A DNA stretch of 62,466 nucleotides, filler included, from a bacterium (GTDB taxonomy: Bacteria; JALSQH01): NCBI GenBank assembly GCA_027004335.1. It is 11 parts of 11 records of this genome, joined end to end, with 100 filler letters (N's around TTAATTAATTAA, not from the genome) between each part and the next. Parts side by side here need not be neighbours in the genome. Positions count along the whole stretch, not along the records: positions 37,339 to 39,290 come from JALTID010000246.1; positions 39,391 to 56,368 come from JALTID010000247.1; 9 more parts are not named here. One strand, given 5' to 3'. How positions within the stretch are numbered: position 1 is the stretch's first letter; each line of letters opens with the position of its first letter. Of the stretch, positions 37,598-47,418 are shown piece after piece. The position numbers and the translations under genes were made by a program. The notes under the pieces are model-generated. The model was not told where the DNA came from, searched no databases, and was given only the letters and a program-made list of their open reading frames with translations.

Positions 37598-38215
37598 ATG
37601 CTGTGGGAATATATTTTACTTGGTTTGAGTCTTGGTTTTTCTGCGGGATTTTCTCCCGGTCCTCTTAGCACTCTTATCATTTCTGAAAGTATGCTCTACG
37701 GCTTTGAGAATGGTATTTTTGTCTGTTTTGCACCACTTGTTACTGATATTGTAATTGTTCCATCAGTCCTGTTATTACTGTCAAAGATTAGTAACACTGA
37801 GATAATCTCATTTATAGCAATTGCTGGTGGAATTTACCTGATTTTCTGGCTTGGAAGGAAAAATCTCAGTTTCAGAATTGATAATTTTTCCAGAGAGGAA
37901 GCCAACCCAGGTTCATTAAAAAAAGGAATAATAACCAATTTCCTCTCTCCCAGTCCCTATATATTTTGGTTGACTATTGGAGGTCCCATTTACTTCAAAG
38001 GCGTGGAAAAAAGTGTGTACAATGGAATTGCTTTTATCGGATTATTTTATATTGCAATGATAATTGTAAAAATTTTCCTCAGTTTTATAAGTGCAAAATC
38101 TGCTGAATTCATAAAGGGCAGGGCATTTGAATACTCAATAAAGATCACCGGTCTTATTCTGATCGGTCTTGGTGGATATCTAATCTATACCGGAATTGTG
38201 GGCTTGATCAGTTAA
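37598..38215 (+). CDS. LysE family translocator
   Basis: SPGP, G...YLI..G, GIITNFLSPSPYIFW, about six TM helices. Confidence 0.85.
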   Translation: MLWEYILLGLSLGFSAGFSPGPLSTLIISESMLYGFENGIFVCFAPLVTDIVIVPSVLLLLSKISNTEIISFIAIAGGIYLIFWLGRKNLSFRIDNFSREEANPGSLKKGIITNFLSPSPYIFWLTIGGPIYFKGVEKSVYNGIAFIGLFYIAMIIVKIFLSFISAKSAEFIKGRAFEYSIKITGLILIGLGGYLIYTGIVGLIS

Positions 38216-39288
38216 CTCTTCCCTGCATTTTCGCCAATTCTCTCAGCACCTAACATTGCTACTCCCATCACCGTATGTTGAGGATTTACCCCTAAATTTG
38301 TAGGAAGTGCACTGGCATCAGTTACAAACAACCCTTTTATCCCGTGTACCTGAAATTTTGCATCTATTACGCTGCTTGCAGGATCCTTGCCAATTCTTGC
38401 ACCTCCAAATAGGTGTGATGCGTATAGGAGAAAATTCCTTGGATCAGGTTTTGCCCTATCAATCAGGTTAAGTTGATCCTTTGTGATCTCTTCTGGAACT
38501 CCGTATATGCCTGGAAACACTATCTCTGCCCCCACTTCAAACATCATCTCAGCCATCTTTTTTGTGGCAAAGATAAGAATTTCGGCATCCCTTCTTGTAG
38601 GTTCATATTTGGGGATCGGTCCAAAGATGGTTGGTACAATTTTACCTACAGCTTCTGATCTCACATAGCTGTCCCACACAGCAACATAGTTATAATTTTC
38701 TATTCTCCTTATAAATTCCGGGCCGAAGCCTGGAGTCCTTGCTGAGAGTAGTTCTATGGGAAGCCCAATTGTCTCCATTTTAAATCCATGGGACTTTCTG
38801 AATTGAGGTGATTCATATCCCTGTGAAGGTCCAAAAGAGATATTTATCTCTCTATCAAAGATTCCTCCGATCCCAACCCCTGGATGTGCCATGAAAAACT
38901 TACCGAGCACCTTAGAATCACCCCCAGCCTTGCTTTTCATTAAAATATATGGTGTATCCACTGCACCAGCTGCCAGAACCACTCCCTTTCTTGCATGAAA
39001 GGTTCCTTTAAAGGGTTTTATCTCTTTTTTTCTTTTATCCTTAAAAATTGCTTCAACTCCTGTGGCAACACCATTTTTAATGGTCACTCTTTTAACTCTA
39101 CAATTTGAATATAATCTTGCTTTCTTCTCCAGTGACCATGGAATAAAAGTTATATCAGGGCTCAGCTTTGCTTTAAAGGGGCAGCCCTGCACACATCTAT
39201 TGGAACCATGACACCCTTTTGTGTTTCTTCTGATGACTCTATGTTCATAACCCATTTTTTCGCACGCTTCTCTGAATAATTTATTGTT
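38212..39288 (-). CDS. GMC oxidoreductase (long-chain alcohol oxidase/dehydrogenase-like), 5' truncated
   Basis: C.G...C..GCP..AK, VVLAAGA..TP, HP, SHLFGG.R.G, V.D.S..PT..GVNPQ.T. Confidence 0.85.
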   Translation of the reverse strand, partial: NNKLFREACEKMGYEHRVIRRNTKGCHGSNRCVQGCPFKAKLSPDITFIPWSLEKKARLYSNCRVKRVTIKNGVATGVEAIFKDKRKKEIKPFKGTFHARKGVVLAAGAVDTPYILMKSKAGGDSKVLGKFFMAHPGVGIGGIFDREINISFGPSQGYESPQFRKSHGFKMETIGLPIELLSARTPGFGPEFIRRIENYNYVAVWDSYVRSEAVGKIVPTIFGPIPKYEPTRRDAEILIFATKKMAEMMFEVGAEIVFPGIYGVPEEITKDQLNLIDRAKPDPRNFLLYASHLFGGARIGKDPASSVIDAKFQVHGIKGLFVTDASALPTNLGVNPQHTVMGVAMLGAERIGENAGKS

Positions 39289-39290
39289 TC

Positions 39291-39390
39291 NNNNNNNNNN
39301 NNNNNNNNNNNNNNNNNNNNNNNNNNNNNNNNNNTTAATTAATTAANNNNNNNNNNNNNNNNNNNNNNNNNNNNNNNNNNNNNNNNNNNN
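39291..39390. other. Artificial contig spacer
   Basis: N-run / TTAATTAATTAA / N-run. Confidence 0.98.
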
Positions 39391-39391
39391 G

Positions 39392-40018
39392 ATGAGTGAA
39401 AGATCAAAATTCTGGCAACATTTTAAACAGAACTTTCTTACTGGCTTTATACTTCTTTTACCCTTTATAGGAACCATCTATGTCCTTTATCTGCTTATAA
39501 AATTTTCAAACAAGCTCCTGAAAATCCTGATTCCTGTACAGGGAATCCCCCAAATACCGGGATTGGGTTTGCTTTTAGCTCTAATAATAATTTATATTAT
39601 TGGTTACTTTTCAAATAAATACTTTGGCAAAAAAGTCCTTGACTTCTGGGAAAAACTCCTCTCCCAGATCCCGGGGATCAGGGGAATTTACAGTGGCTTA
39701 AAAAAATTCACAAAAAATATAAGTGTGATAGATAGGAGCAAGCTTCTGAAAGTTGTTGCTGTGGAGTATCCCAGAAAAGGCATTTATGCCATAGGCTTTA
39801 TAACTTCCTACGAAAACACTTTACTAAAAAATAAAAATGAAAACCTCAAAACAATATTTCTCCCTACATCCCCAAACCCAACCAGCGGATTTATAATAAT
39901 AGCAAAAGAGGAAGACCTGATCCCCCTTGATCTTACCATAGATGAAGCATTTTCATACATAATATCGGGGGGAATTGTTTCACCCGTGGATGAGAAGATC
40001 TCTGGAGAAGAAAAATGA
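39392..40018 (+). CDS. DUF502 membrane protein
   Basis: IP..R.IY, VEYPRKG, FLPTSPNPTSGF, IISGG. Confidence 0.88.
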   Translation: MSERSKFWQHFKQNFLTGFILLLPFIGTIYVLYLLIKFSNKLLKILIPVQGIPQIPGLGLLLALIIIYIIGYFSNKYFGKKVLDFWEKLLSQIPGIRGIYSGLKKFTKNISVIDRSKLLKVVAVEYPRKGIYAIGFITSYENTLLKNKNENLKTIFLPTSPNPTSGFIIIAKEEDLIPLDLTIDEAFSYIISGGIVSPVDEKISGEEK

Positions 40019-40491
40019 GTGAAAAGCAGAGTAAAATAAAAGTGCTCACAGTTAACAAAAAGGCTCGCTACAACTACGAGATATTGGAAACCATTGAGGC
40101 AGGAATTGAGTTAAAAGGGAGCGAAGTAAAATCGGCAAAACAGGGGCATATAAATATAAGGGATTCCTTTGCAATAATTGATAAGGGAGAAGCTTTCCTG
40201 CTTAATTCCCATATTTCCCCTTACGAACACGCCACCTATGACAGAACGGACCCATACAGAAGAAGGAAACTCCTCCTTCACAGACGGGAAATAGATCGCC
40301 TCCAGGGAAAACTAAAAACAAAAGGGCTGACCCTTGTCCCTTTGAAAGTATATGTCAAAAATGGTAAGATAAAGGTTGAATTAGCCCTCGTAAAAGGTAA
40401 GAAAAAATACGATAAAAGAAGAGCAATCATAGAAAAAGACATCCAGAGGGAAATGGAAAGAGAAATAAAAGAATTCAAAAATAAACGGTAA
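40015..40491 (+). CDS. smpB: SsrA-binding protein
   Basis: NKKARYNY, EAGIEL.GSEVKS, RKLLLH, GLTLVPL, GKKKYDKR. Confidence 0.97.
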   Translation: MSEKQSKIKVLTVNKKARYNYEILETIEAGIELKGSEVKSAKQGHINIRDSFAIIDKGEAFLLNSHISPYEHATYDRTDPYRRRKLLLHRREIDRLQGKLKTKGLTLVPLKVYVKNGKIKVELALVKGKKKYDKRRAIIEKDIQREMEREIKEFKNKR

Positions 40492-40506
40492 AAGTGGAGA
40501 GCTGAA

Positions 40507-41781
40507 ATGGGAATGACTATTACTGAAAAAATCCTTGCTGATCACTCAGGGGGAAAAACTGTTGAACCGGGAGGACTCATCACTGTAAAAGTAGATGTAG
40601 CTCTTGGAAACGATGTTACCGCCCCCATTGCTATAAGAAAATTCAGAGAGGTAGGAGCCAAAAATGTATGGGATGTAAATAAAGTAGTTCTCGTTCCTGA
40701 TCATTTTACCCCAAATAAGGATATTCTCTCAGCTACTCAGGCAAAAATATTGAGAGATTTTGCCATTGAACAGAATATCGTAAATTACTTTGAGCAGGGG
40801 GAGGTTGGAATTGAGCATGTTCTACTTCCTGAACAGGGAATTGTACTTCCTGGAGATCTCATCGTTGGTGCTGACAGTCACACCTGCACATATGGAGCAC
40901 TGGGAGCATTTTCCACCGGGGTTGGAAGCACTGATCTAGCTGCTACATGGACAACAGGTGAGATCTGGTTAAGAGTCCCTGAAACAATAAAGTTTGTATA
41001 TCACGGTACAAGAAACAAATGGGTTTCCGGTAAGGATCTAATCCTCTACACAATTGGTAGAATCGGGGTAGATGGTGCACTTTACAAAGCAATGGAACTT
41101 AGAGGTCCTGTAATTGAACAACTACCTATGTCAGATAGATTCACCATGACAAATATGGCTGTGGAAGCGGGAGCAAAAAGTGGAATAATACCACCAGACG
41201 ACATCACGCTGGACTTCATCAAAAGCAGAGCTAAGAGGAGTTACAAACTCTACTACAGCGACAGTGACGCAAAATACTCTGAGGTAATAGATATAAATGT
41301 GAGTGAAATACAGCCCCAGGTGGCTCTACCCCATCTGCCAGAAAACACTAAAAATGTGAGTGAAGTTTCAAACATTGAACTGGATCAGGTATTTATTGGC
41401 TCCTGCACCAACGGCAGGATAGAGGATCTCAGAACTGCTGCAAAAATACTAAAAGGAAAGAAAAGAAAAAAATATCTCAGGCTCATAGTGATCCCTGCCA
41501 CACCCACAATTTATAGACAGGCTTTGAAAGAGGGAATTATTGAAATCCTTGCTGAAGCAGGTGCTGTGATCGGCCCACCAACCTGTGGACCCTGTCTTGG
41601 CGGACATATGGGAGTTCTTGCGAAGGGAGAGAAGGCTCTTGCTACAACCAACAGAAACTTTGTGGGAAGAATGGGACATCCAGAAAGCGAAGTTTATCTT
41701 GCAAGTCCAGCAGTAGCAGCAGCTTCAGCTATAACAGGCAGAATAACTCATCCAGACGAAGTTTATCAGGGGGAAGAATGA
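40507..41781 (+). CDS. leuC: 3-isopropylmalate dehydratase large subunit
   Basis: [35 protein letters not shown]. Confidence 0.93.
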   Translation: MGMTITEKILADHSGGKTVEPGGLITVKVDVALGNDVTAPIAIRKFREVGAKNVWDVNKVVLVPDHFTPNKDILSATQAKILRDFAIEQNIVNYFEQGEVGIEHVLLPEQGIVLPGDLIVGADSHTCTYGALGAFSTGVGSTDLAATWTTGEIWLRVPETIKFVYHGTRNKWVSGKDLILYTIGRIGVDGALYKAMELRGPVIEQLPMSDRFTMTNMAVEAGAKSGIIPPDDITLDFIKSRAKRSYKLYYSDSDAKYSEVIDINVSEIQPQVALPHLPENTKNVSEVSNIELDQVFIGSCTNGRIEDLRTAAKILKGKKRKKYLRLIVIPATPTIYRQALKEGIIEILAEAGAVIGPPTCGPCLGGHMGVLAKGEKALATTNRNFVGRMGHPESEVYLASPAVAAASAITGRITHPDEVYQGEE

Positions 41782-41782
41782 G

Positions 41783-42289
41783 ATGGCTATAATAAAGGGA
41801 AGAGTATGGAAATTTGGTGATGATATTGATACAGATAGGATCATACCTGCCAGGTATCTAAATACATCAGATCCTGAAAAACTTGCAGAACACTGCATGG
41901 AAGATGCTGATCCGGAATTTCCAGAAAAGGTGCAGGAGGGAGACATCATTGTCGCAGGTAAAAACTTCGGCTCAGGCTCAAGCAGGGAACATGCCCCTAT
42001 TTCAATTAAAGCTGCGGGGGTTGCAGCAATAATTGCTAAAAGTTTTGCAAGGATCTTCTACAGAAATTCATTTAACATAGGCCTCCCAATTTTAGAAGCT
42101 CCAGAAGCAGTGGAGGGTACAGAAGAGGGAGATATTATTGAGATTGATACTAAAAAAGGCACAATTATCAATACAAGAACAGGTATAACATATAAAGCAA
42201 ATCCAATCCCACCTTTTATGGAAGAGCTTCTTGAAGCTGGTGGGCTGATGGAGTATATCAAGAGAAAGTATAACTTAGGAGAAGAATGA
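41783..42289 (+). CDS. leuD: 3-isopropylmalate dehydratase small subunit
   Basis: [33 protein letters not shown]. Confidence 0.93.
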   Translation: MAIIKGRVWKFGDDIDTDRIIPARYLNTSDPEKLAEHCMEDADPEFPEKVQEGDIIVAGKNFGSGSSREHAPISIKAAGVAAIIAKSFARIFYRNSFNIGLPILEAPEAVEGTEEGDIIEIDTKKGTIINTRTGITYKANPIPPFMEELLEAGGLMEYIKRKYNLGEE

Positions 42290-43380
42290 TGGAACACAGG
42301 GTTGCTGTTTTTCCTGGGGATGGTATCGGAGTGGAGATTATGGAACAGGCAAAGAAAGTTATTTATAAGGTAAATGAGATTACAGATGTAAAATTAAATC
42401 TCAGGGAAGGTTTAGCTGGAGGTGCCTCCATAGATAAATATGGAGTACCTCTTACCGACGAAAATCTACAGCTTGCTATAAACTCAGATGCTGTGCTATT
42501 AGGTGCTGTAGGGGGACCCAAGTGGGAACCACTGGACTATTCTATCAGGCCCGAGAGGGCTCTACTGACACTCAGGAAAGAATTAGGACTCTTTGCAAAT
42601 TTGAGACCTGCAAAGGTTTTTCCACAGCTTGTTGATGCATCTACCCTTAAGGCGGAAATGGTAAAAGATATAGACCTCATCGTTGTAAGAGAATTAACGG
42701 GAGGCCTCTATTTTGCACAGCCTAAAGGTGTTACAACCCTTGAAGATGGAAGAAGAAAAGGGGTTAATACCCTCGCCTATACAGAAGATGAAATTGAAAG
42801 AATAGCAAGGAAAGCCTTTGAAATTGCCACGCAGAGAAGAAAAAAAGTAACAAATGTGGATAAGGCAAATGTTTTAGAAGCAACAGAACTCTGGAGAGAT
42901 GTTGTGGTAGAAGTGCACAAAGATTTTCCAGAAGTTGAATTAAATCACATGTATGTGGATAACTGCGCCATGCAATTAGTAAGATATCCGGCACAGTTTG
43001 ATGTTATTGTTACATGCAACATGTTTGGTGATGTACTCAGCGATGAGGCATCAATGCTAACGGGCTCCATAGGAATGTTACCTTCCGCAAGTCTTGGTGA
43101 AAAAGGAGGTATGTATGAGCCGGCGCACGGGAGTGCCCCCGATATTGCCGGCCAGGATAAAGCCAACCCTATAGCAACCATTCTCTCTGTGGCAATGATG
43201 TACAGATACACATTTAAAGAGGGAAAAATTGCTGACGCTATAGAAAAAGCGGTGGAAAAAACTCTGGAAGAAGGTTACAGAACCCCCGATATTTTTACGC
43301 AGGGTACCACCCAAGTGGGCACAGGAAAAATGGGCGACATAATTGCTGAAAAAACAGCTGAAATACTCAAAAACAACTAA
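42286..43380 (+). CDS. leuB: 3-isopropylmalate dehydrogenase
   Basis: [41 protein letters not shown]. Confidence 0.95.
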   Translation: MMEHRVAVFPGDGIGVEIMEQAKKVIYKVNEITDVKLNLREGLAGGASIDKYGVPLTDENLQLAINSDAVLLGAVGGPKWEPLDYSIRPERALLTLRKELGLFANLRPAKVFPQLVDASTLKAEMVKDIDLIVVRELTGGLYFAQPKGVTTLEDGRRKGVNTLAYTEDEIERIARKAFEIATQRRKKVTNVDKANVLEATELWRDVVVEVHKDFPEVELNHMYVDNCAMQLVRYPAQFDVIVTCNMFGDVLSDEASMLTGSIGMLPSASLGEKGGMYEPAHGSAPDIAGQDKANPIATILSVAMMYRYTFKEGKIADAIEKAVEKTLEEGYRTPDIFTQGTTQVGTGKMGDIIAEKTAEILKNN

Positions 43381-43396
43381 AAGAGAGGAGTAGAAA

Positions 43397-44422
43397 ATGA
43401 AAAAGGAAGGCTACAATGTCGCAGTTGTTGGTGCAACTGGAGCAGTAGGAAGAGAATTTATAAGCATATTACAGGAAAGAAATTTTCCTGTAAAAAATAT
43501 CAAATTTCTTGCTTCAAGCAGATCAGCTGGTACCTACCTGGAATGGAAAGGTAAAGATGTGATGGTTGAGGAACTCAAAAAAGATTCCTTCAAAGATATG
43601 GAAATTGCACTTTTCTCAGCTGGTGGTGGTACAAGCAAGAAATTTGCACCTTATGCCGCTGAAGCAGGAGCTGTGGTGATTGATAATTCCAGCGCATGGA
43701 GAATGGAACCAGATATTCCTCTGGTGGTCCCAGAGGTAAACCCCGAAGATGTTGCTCTTTATAAAAATCGAAACATAATTGCAAACCCGAACTGTTCTAC
43801 TATTCAGATGGTTGTGCCACTTAAACCCATTCATGATAAAGCTAAGATCAAGAGGATCGTGGTAGCCACCTATCAGGCTACATCTGGAGCTGGGAAAAAA
43901 GCTATGGATGAACTTTTTGAGCAGACTGTGAGTATTCTTAATGGGAAGGGACCCACAGAGGCTAAAGTATTTGCTCACCAGATTGCCTTTAATGCCCTGC
44001 CCCATATTGATGTTTTCTTTGATGATGGCTACACTAAAGAAGAGTGGAAGATGGTTAATGAAACAAAAAAAATTATGCATGATGATTCCATCCAGGTCAC
44101 AGCCACATGCGTGAGAGTTCCTGTGTTTTATGGCCATTCAGAAGCTGTCAATATTGAAACTGAGGAAAAATTGACCCCGGATGAGGTGAGAAAATTGCTG
44201 AGCAATTTCCCTGGAGTTGTTGTAGAAGATGACCCCAAAAACAATGTGTATCCACTGGCTATAAATGCCGCAGGCAAAGATGAGGTTTTTGTGGGAAGGA
44301 TAAGAGAAGATTTCTCCACACCCAACGGCATAAATATGTGGGTAGTTGCAGATAATATCCGCAAAGGAGCTGCATTAAATGCAATTCAAATTGCTGAAAT
44401 TCTCATTGAGAAGTATCTGTAA
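43397..44422 (+). CDS. asd: Aspartate-semialdehyde dehydrogenase
   Basis: GATGAVG, DNSSAWR, ANPNCST, SGAG, CVRVPV..GHS, DNIRKGAA.NA. Confidence 0.96.
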   Translation: MKKEGYNVAVVGATGAVGREFISILQERNFPVKNIKFLASSRSAGTYLEWKGKDVMVEELKKDSFKDMEIALFSAGGGTSKKFAPYAAEAGAVVIDNSSAWRMEPDIPLVVPEVNPEDVALYKNRNIIANPNCSTIQMVVPLKPIHDKAKIKRIVVATYQATSGAGKKAMDELFEQTVSILNGKGPTEAKVFAHQIAFNALPHIDVFFDDGYTKEEWKMVNETKKIMHDDSIQVTATCVRVPVFYGHSEAVNIETEEKLTPDEVRKLLSNFPGVVVEDDPKNNVYPLAINAAGKDEVFVGRIREDFSTPNGINMWVVADNIRKGAALNAIQIAEILIEKYL

Positions 44423-45473
44423 GGACTGGAAAAGGGGGATACTCCCCCTTTTCCTTTTATTTTTCATTGCCTCGCCGCTCATAGCTAATGGGATACAATT
44501 TACCCACATTTACCCAGACGATCTGGTAATAAATATCCATCCAGACAACCCATCAGGCAAGGCAGAAGTTTTCTGGAACTCTCCTGCTTCAGGAAAATAT
44601 ACTCTGCAATACAACTACAACGGAGAAAAAACAGCTCTCAAGGATATATCCTGCAACAGTGGAGATACAGTTAAATTTTATATAACCTCCAACTCTATCA
44701 CAACCTCCACAGGAGAAAAAAGCATTCTTGATCTTCCTGATGGAACATACCCATTCACCATTACCCTATCAGCAGGAACCACCTACTCAGCACAGTTTAC
44801 CATCACAGTTGATGGAACCCCACCACACACTCCTACCGGACTCAGGGGCATTCCAGGTGACTCCTCTGTAAAACTGGCGTGGGACGCCCCACCCCCTGAA
44901 GATAATGATATTGAAAACTACTTTATATATTACTCCAGCTCGCCCGGTATTGTCTCAAGGCTAAGCAAAGAAAATAACAATATTACGACGCTAAAAACAC
45001 CAGGGAATATCAATACATATATTGTAGATCACCTTAAAAATAACACAACCTACCATTTCGTATTAAGGGCTAAAGACCGTGCTGATAATTACTCTGGATA
45101 TTCAGCAGAAACAACGGTGACTCCCAGAACCACATATACTCTCTCAGATTTAACAGGAGAAGAAGGTGGTTGTTTCATAGCCACTGCTGCTTTTGGAAAT
45201 TTAGATAATCCGTTTGTGATCTCATTTAGACTTTTCAGAGACTTTATTCTCAAAAAATTCCCCGGAGGACTTAAACTTATTAAATTTTACTATCGGTACA
45301 GTCCACCATATGCTCATTTCATTGCAAAAAGTCCCTTACTGAGGATTACTGTTTTAATTTTGCTGATCCCACTGAGTTTTCTCGTTTCCATTGTAACTCT
45401 TTTCACATTCTATCCATCTTTGCTTCTAACCGCCGGGATAGCTCTATATTCTCTATTCCTGAAGGAGGAGTAA
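44379..45473 (+). CDS. Ig/fibronectin-III protein with C-terminal CFI-box-CTERM (MXAN_2561-like)
   Basis: Signal peptide, DGTPPHTPTGL..GD..V.L.W FN3 domain, GGCFIATAAFG...FRD...FYY.YSPP and a TM tail. Confidence 0.8.
   Translation: MQFKLLKFSLRSICKDWKRGILPLFLLFFIASPLIANGIQFTHIYPDDLVINIHPDNPSGKAEVFWNSPASGKYTLQYNYNGEKTALKDISCNSGDTVKFYITSNSITTSTGEKSILDLPDGTYPFTITLSAGTTYSAQFTITVDGTPPHTPTGLRGIPGDSSVKLAWDAPPPEDNDIENYFIYYSSSPGIVSRLSKENNNITTLKTPGNINTYIVDHLKNNTTYHFVLRAKDRADNYSGYSAETTVTPRTTYTLSDLTGEEGGCFIATAAFGNLDNPFVISFRLFRDFILKKFPGGLKLIKFYYRYSPPYAHFIAKSPLLRITVLILLIPLSFLVSIVTLFTFYPSLLLTAGIALYSLFLKEE
44428..44464 (+). terminator. Intrinsic terminator hairpin after asd (overlaps the next CDS)
   Basis: 12-bp perfect stem GGAAAAGGGGGA-tac-TCCCCCTTTTCC followed by TTTTATTTTT. 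Confidence 0.7.
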
Positions 45474-45474
45474 G

Positions 45475-46149
45475 TTGCTAAAAAAACTAATTTTCATTAC
45501 CACACTACTTTCCTTCTCATACTCAACATTTGGTGGGGATTTCTCAATTCTTACAGCTCCATACAAACCCAATATGAAAACAAATATTATCAAAAATGCT
45601 ACCACGGGAGAAAAATACACCTACGATGATATTTATGGGAAGTCAGGAACATACTTAACTTTTCTCCACTATGACTATCAGATAATAAAAAAACATGGTT
45701 CACTTTACATCGGTGGGGAAGCAGGTTTTGCAATGGACCGTGGGCACTCTCTTATTCAGAATGATCTGGGGGAATATGTCCCATCAGGAGAAAGACTTTA
45801 TCTCTACTCAATTCCCATAAATATTCTTGCAGGGTATGAACTCAATTATTTGAGAAAACAACCTCTGGTCCCATTTGTTGAAGGAGGGGGTACTTACTGG
45901 ATCTTTCAGGAAAAGAAAGAAAACAGGGGATCCACGACAGGTGCAAAAAAAGGTTATTTTTATGGAGGAGGGATAAAATTCCTCTTGGACCTTCTTGAGC
46001 CGACAGCAGCAGCAGAAATGAAGATTGACTATGGCATCTTTCACACATATCTGATAGGAGGTTACAGAAATTTCACGATCAAATATCCCCAGAAGGGATT
46101 TAATTTTTCAGGTAATTTATTCTTTGCAGCATTAAGCTTCAATTTCTAA
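45475..46149 (+). CDS. Outer-membrane beta-barrel (MXAN_2562-like)
   Basis: Signal peptide, PY.P, QPLVPF..GG, LD.LEP.AA......GI.HTYL, terminal F. Confidence 0.7.
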   Translation: MLKKLIFITTLLSFSYSTFGGDFSILTAPYKPNMKTNIIKNATTGEKYTYDDIYGKSGTYLTFLHYDYQIIKKHGSLYIGGEAGFAMDRGHSLIQNDLGEYVPSGERLYLYSIPINILAGYELNYLRKQPLVPFVEGGGTYWIFQEKKENRGSTTGAKKGYFYGGGIKFLLDLLEPTAAAEMKIDYGIFHTYLIGGYRNFTIKYPQKGFNFSGNLFFAALSFNF

Positions 46150-47340
46150 TTAAAATGCAAATATCACCATAAACTTCAGAGCTTTCATAGTCCAATCATG
46201 ATAGGCAACTCCTACTCTTGAATGAGGGAAAGTAGCTATGCTACTAAAGGTTCCAACAATCCCCGCAGTATCAACTCTAAAAGTTGTCCATCTACCATAG
46301 CCTCTATAAGCAATTTTGAGATCATTATTAGTATTATCATAATAGCTTATAACCGGAACATGACGATGATCAAGAGTAATACTGCACGATTCCCCAACAA
46401 CACCAATATAATCCACAACCTCAATTGTCCACCGATCCCCATCAAAGTGGGCATACTTAAGATCACCATGGAGTGAATCATAATAGCAAACATGATAATC
46501 ATTTTCACCAGAGATAAAAAGGGAATTCCAGACTCCAACATCGTCCCTATTTTTCGTAAGCTTACCATCAACAATTTGAATAACCCAACCGATACCTGCT
46601 CCAGAATAACTATTCCTTATTGCACGCGGATCATCAGGATTATAAATTGCATACATTAAAGACCCAAATGAGGCATTATAGTAAACGATTACAGGTCTCT
46701 GTGTCTTCGGTGTTAAGCCTAAATGTACAGACTTACCCCCAATAACACCACCAGTTCCCCAAACAAGAGTTCCATCGTCAACTTCAAACCTACTAGAATC
46801 CGAAAAAGTACCATCAGGACTCTGTGACATATAGTAGAGATCATGACCTACACTATCAACAAAAGCCACATGAGCAAGATCATTAGCATCTATCACAAGC
46901 GAAGCAGCCAAACCTCCATGGTCTTTGAAAATAACCACAGGATCAATCCATGCATTATGTCTACTGCTGTAATAGATATATTTTAATTGATCATTACTAG
47001 CATCATAATATGCGATATGAGGATTATTAAAAGAATCAAGGTCCATAGAAGAATACATCCCCACATCACCAACACTATCTAATGTACTTACATCCCATCT
47101 GCCAGTAGCGAGGTTAAGTTTTGCATAACGAAGGTCACCATCCTGAAAATCATAATAACTTACCTGCGGTACCCCATCACTCCCAATTTTAAGACTATTG
47201 TATTGACCAACATCAGCAGTGTTGTCAACTACTAAACTCTCAGTTTTGATCCCTCGCCCAACGGGCTCTAAACCTGTTCTACCACATGAAACAAGATAAC
47301 TAAAAAAAATCACTAATAAAACATAACCAACCTTCCTCAC
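46150..47340 (-). CDS. Beta-propeller repeat lipoprotein
   Basis: Lipobox LVSC and about seven repeats of VG.Y.S...D....P.I.YYD....LKYA. Confidence 0.75.
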   Translation of the reverse strand: MRKVGYVLLVIFFSYLVSCGRTGLEPVGRGIKTESLVVDNTADVGQYNSLKIGSDGVPQVSYYDFQDGDLRYAKLNLATGRWDVSTLDSVGDVGMYSSMDLDSFNNPHIAYYDASNDQLKYIYYSSRHNAWIDPVVIFKDHGGLAASLVIDANDLAHVAFVDSVGHDLYYMSQSPDGTFSDSSRFEVDDGTLVWGTGGVIGGKSVHLGLTPKTQRPVIVYYNASFGSLMYAIYNPDDPRAIRNSYSGAGIGWVIQIVDGKLTKNRDDVGVWNSLFISGENDYHVCYYDSLHGDLKYAHFDGDRWTIEVVDYIGVVGESCSITLDHRHVPVISYYDNTNNDLKIAYRGYGRWTTFRVDTAGIVGTFSSIATFPHSRVGVAYHDWTMKALKFMVIFAF

Positions 47341-47384
47341 CTGAATCCTCCTGGATTTTTAAAATAAATAAGCATACAAGATAC

Positions 47385-47414
47385 AAAAAAGAGGAGGCAA
47401 ATGCCTCCTCTTTT
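47385..47414 (-). terminator. Intrinsic terminator after the 1237-aa gene
   Basis: AAAAGAGGAGGCA / TGCCTCCTCTTTT inverted repeat with T-tracts on both strands. Confidence 0.75.
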
Positions 47415-47418
47415 CTAT

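Noticed and set aside
39392-40506. tmRNA near smpB
   Set aside because: No intergenic room and no tRNA-like ends seen.
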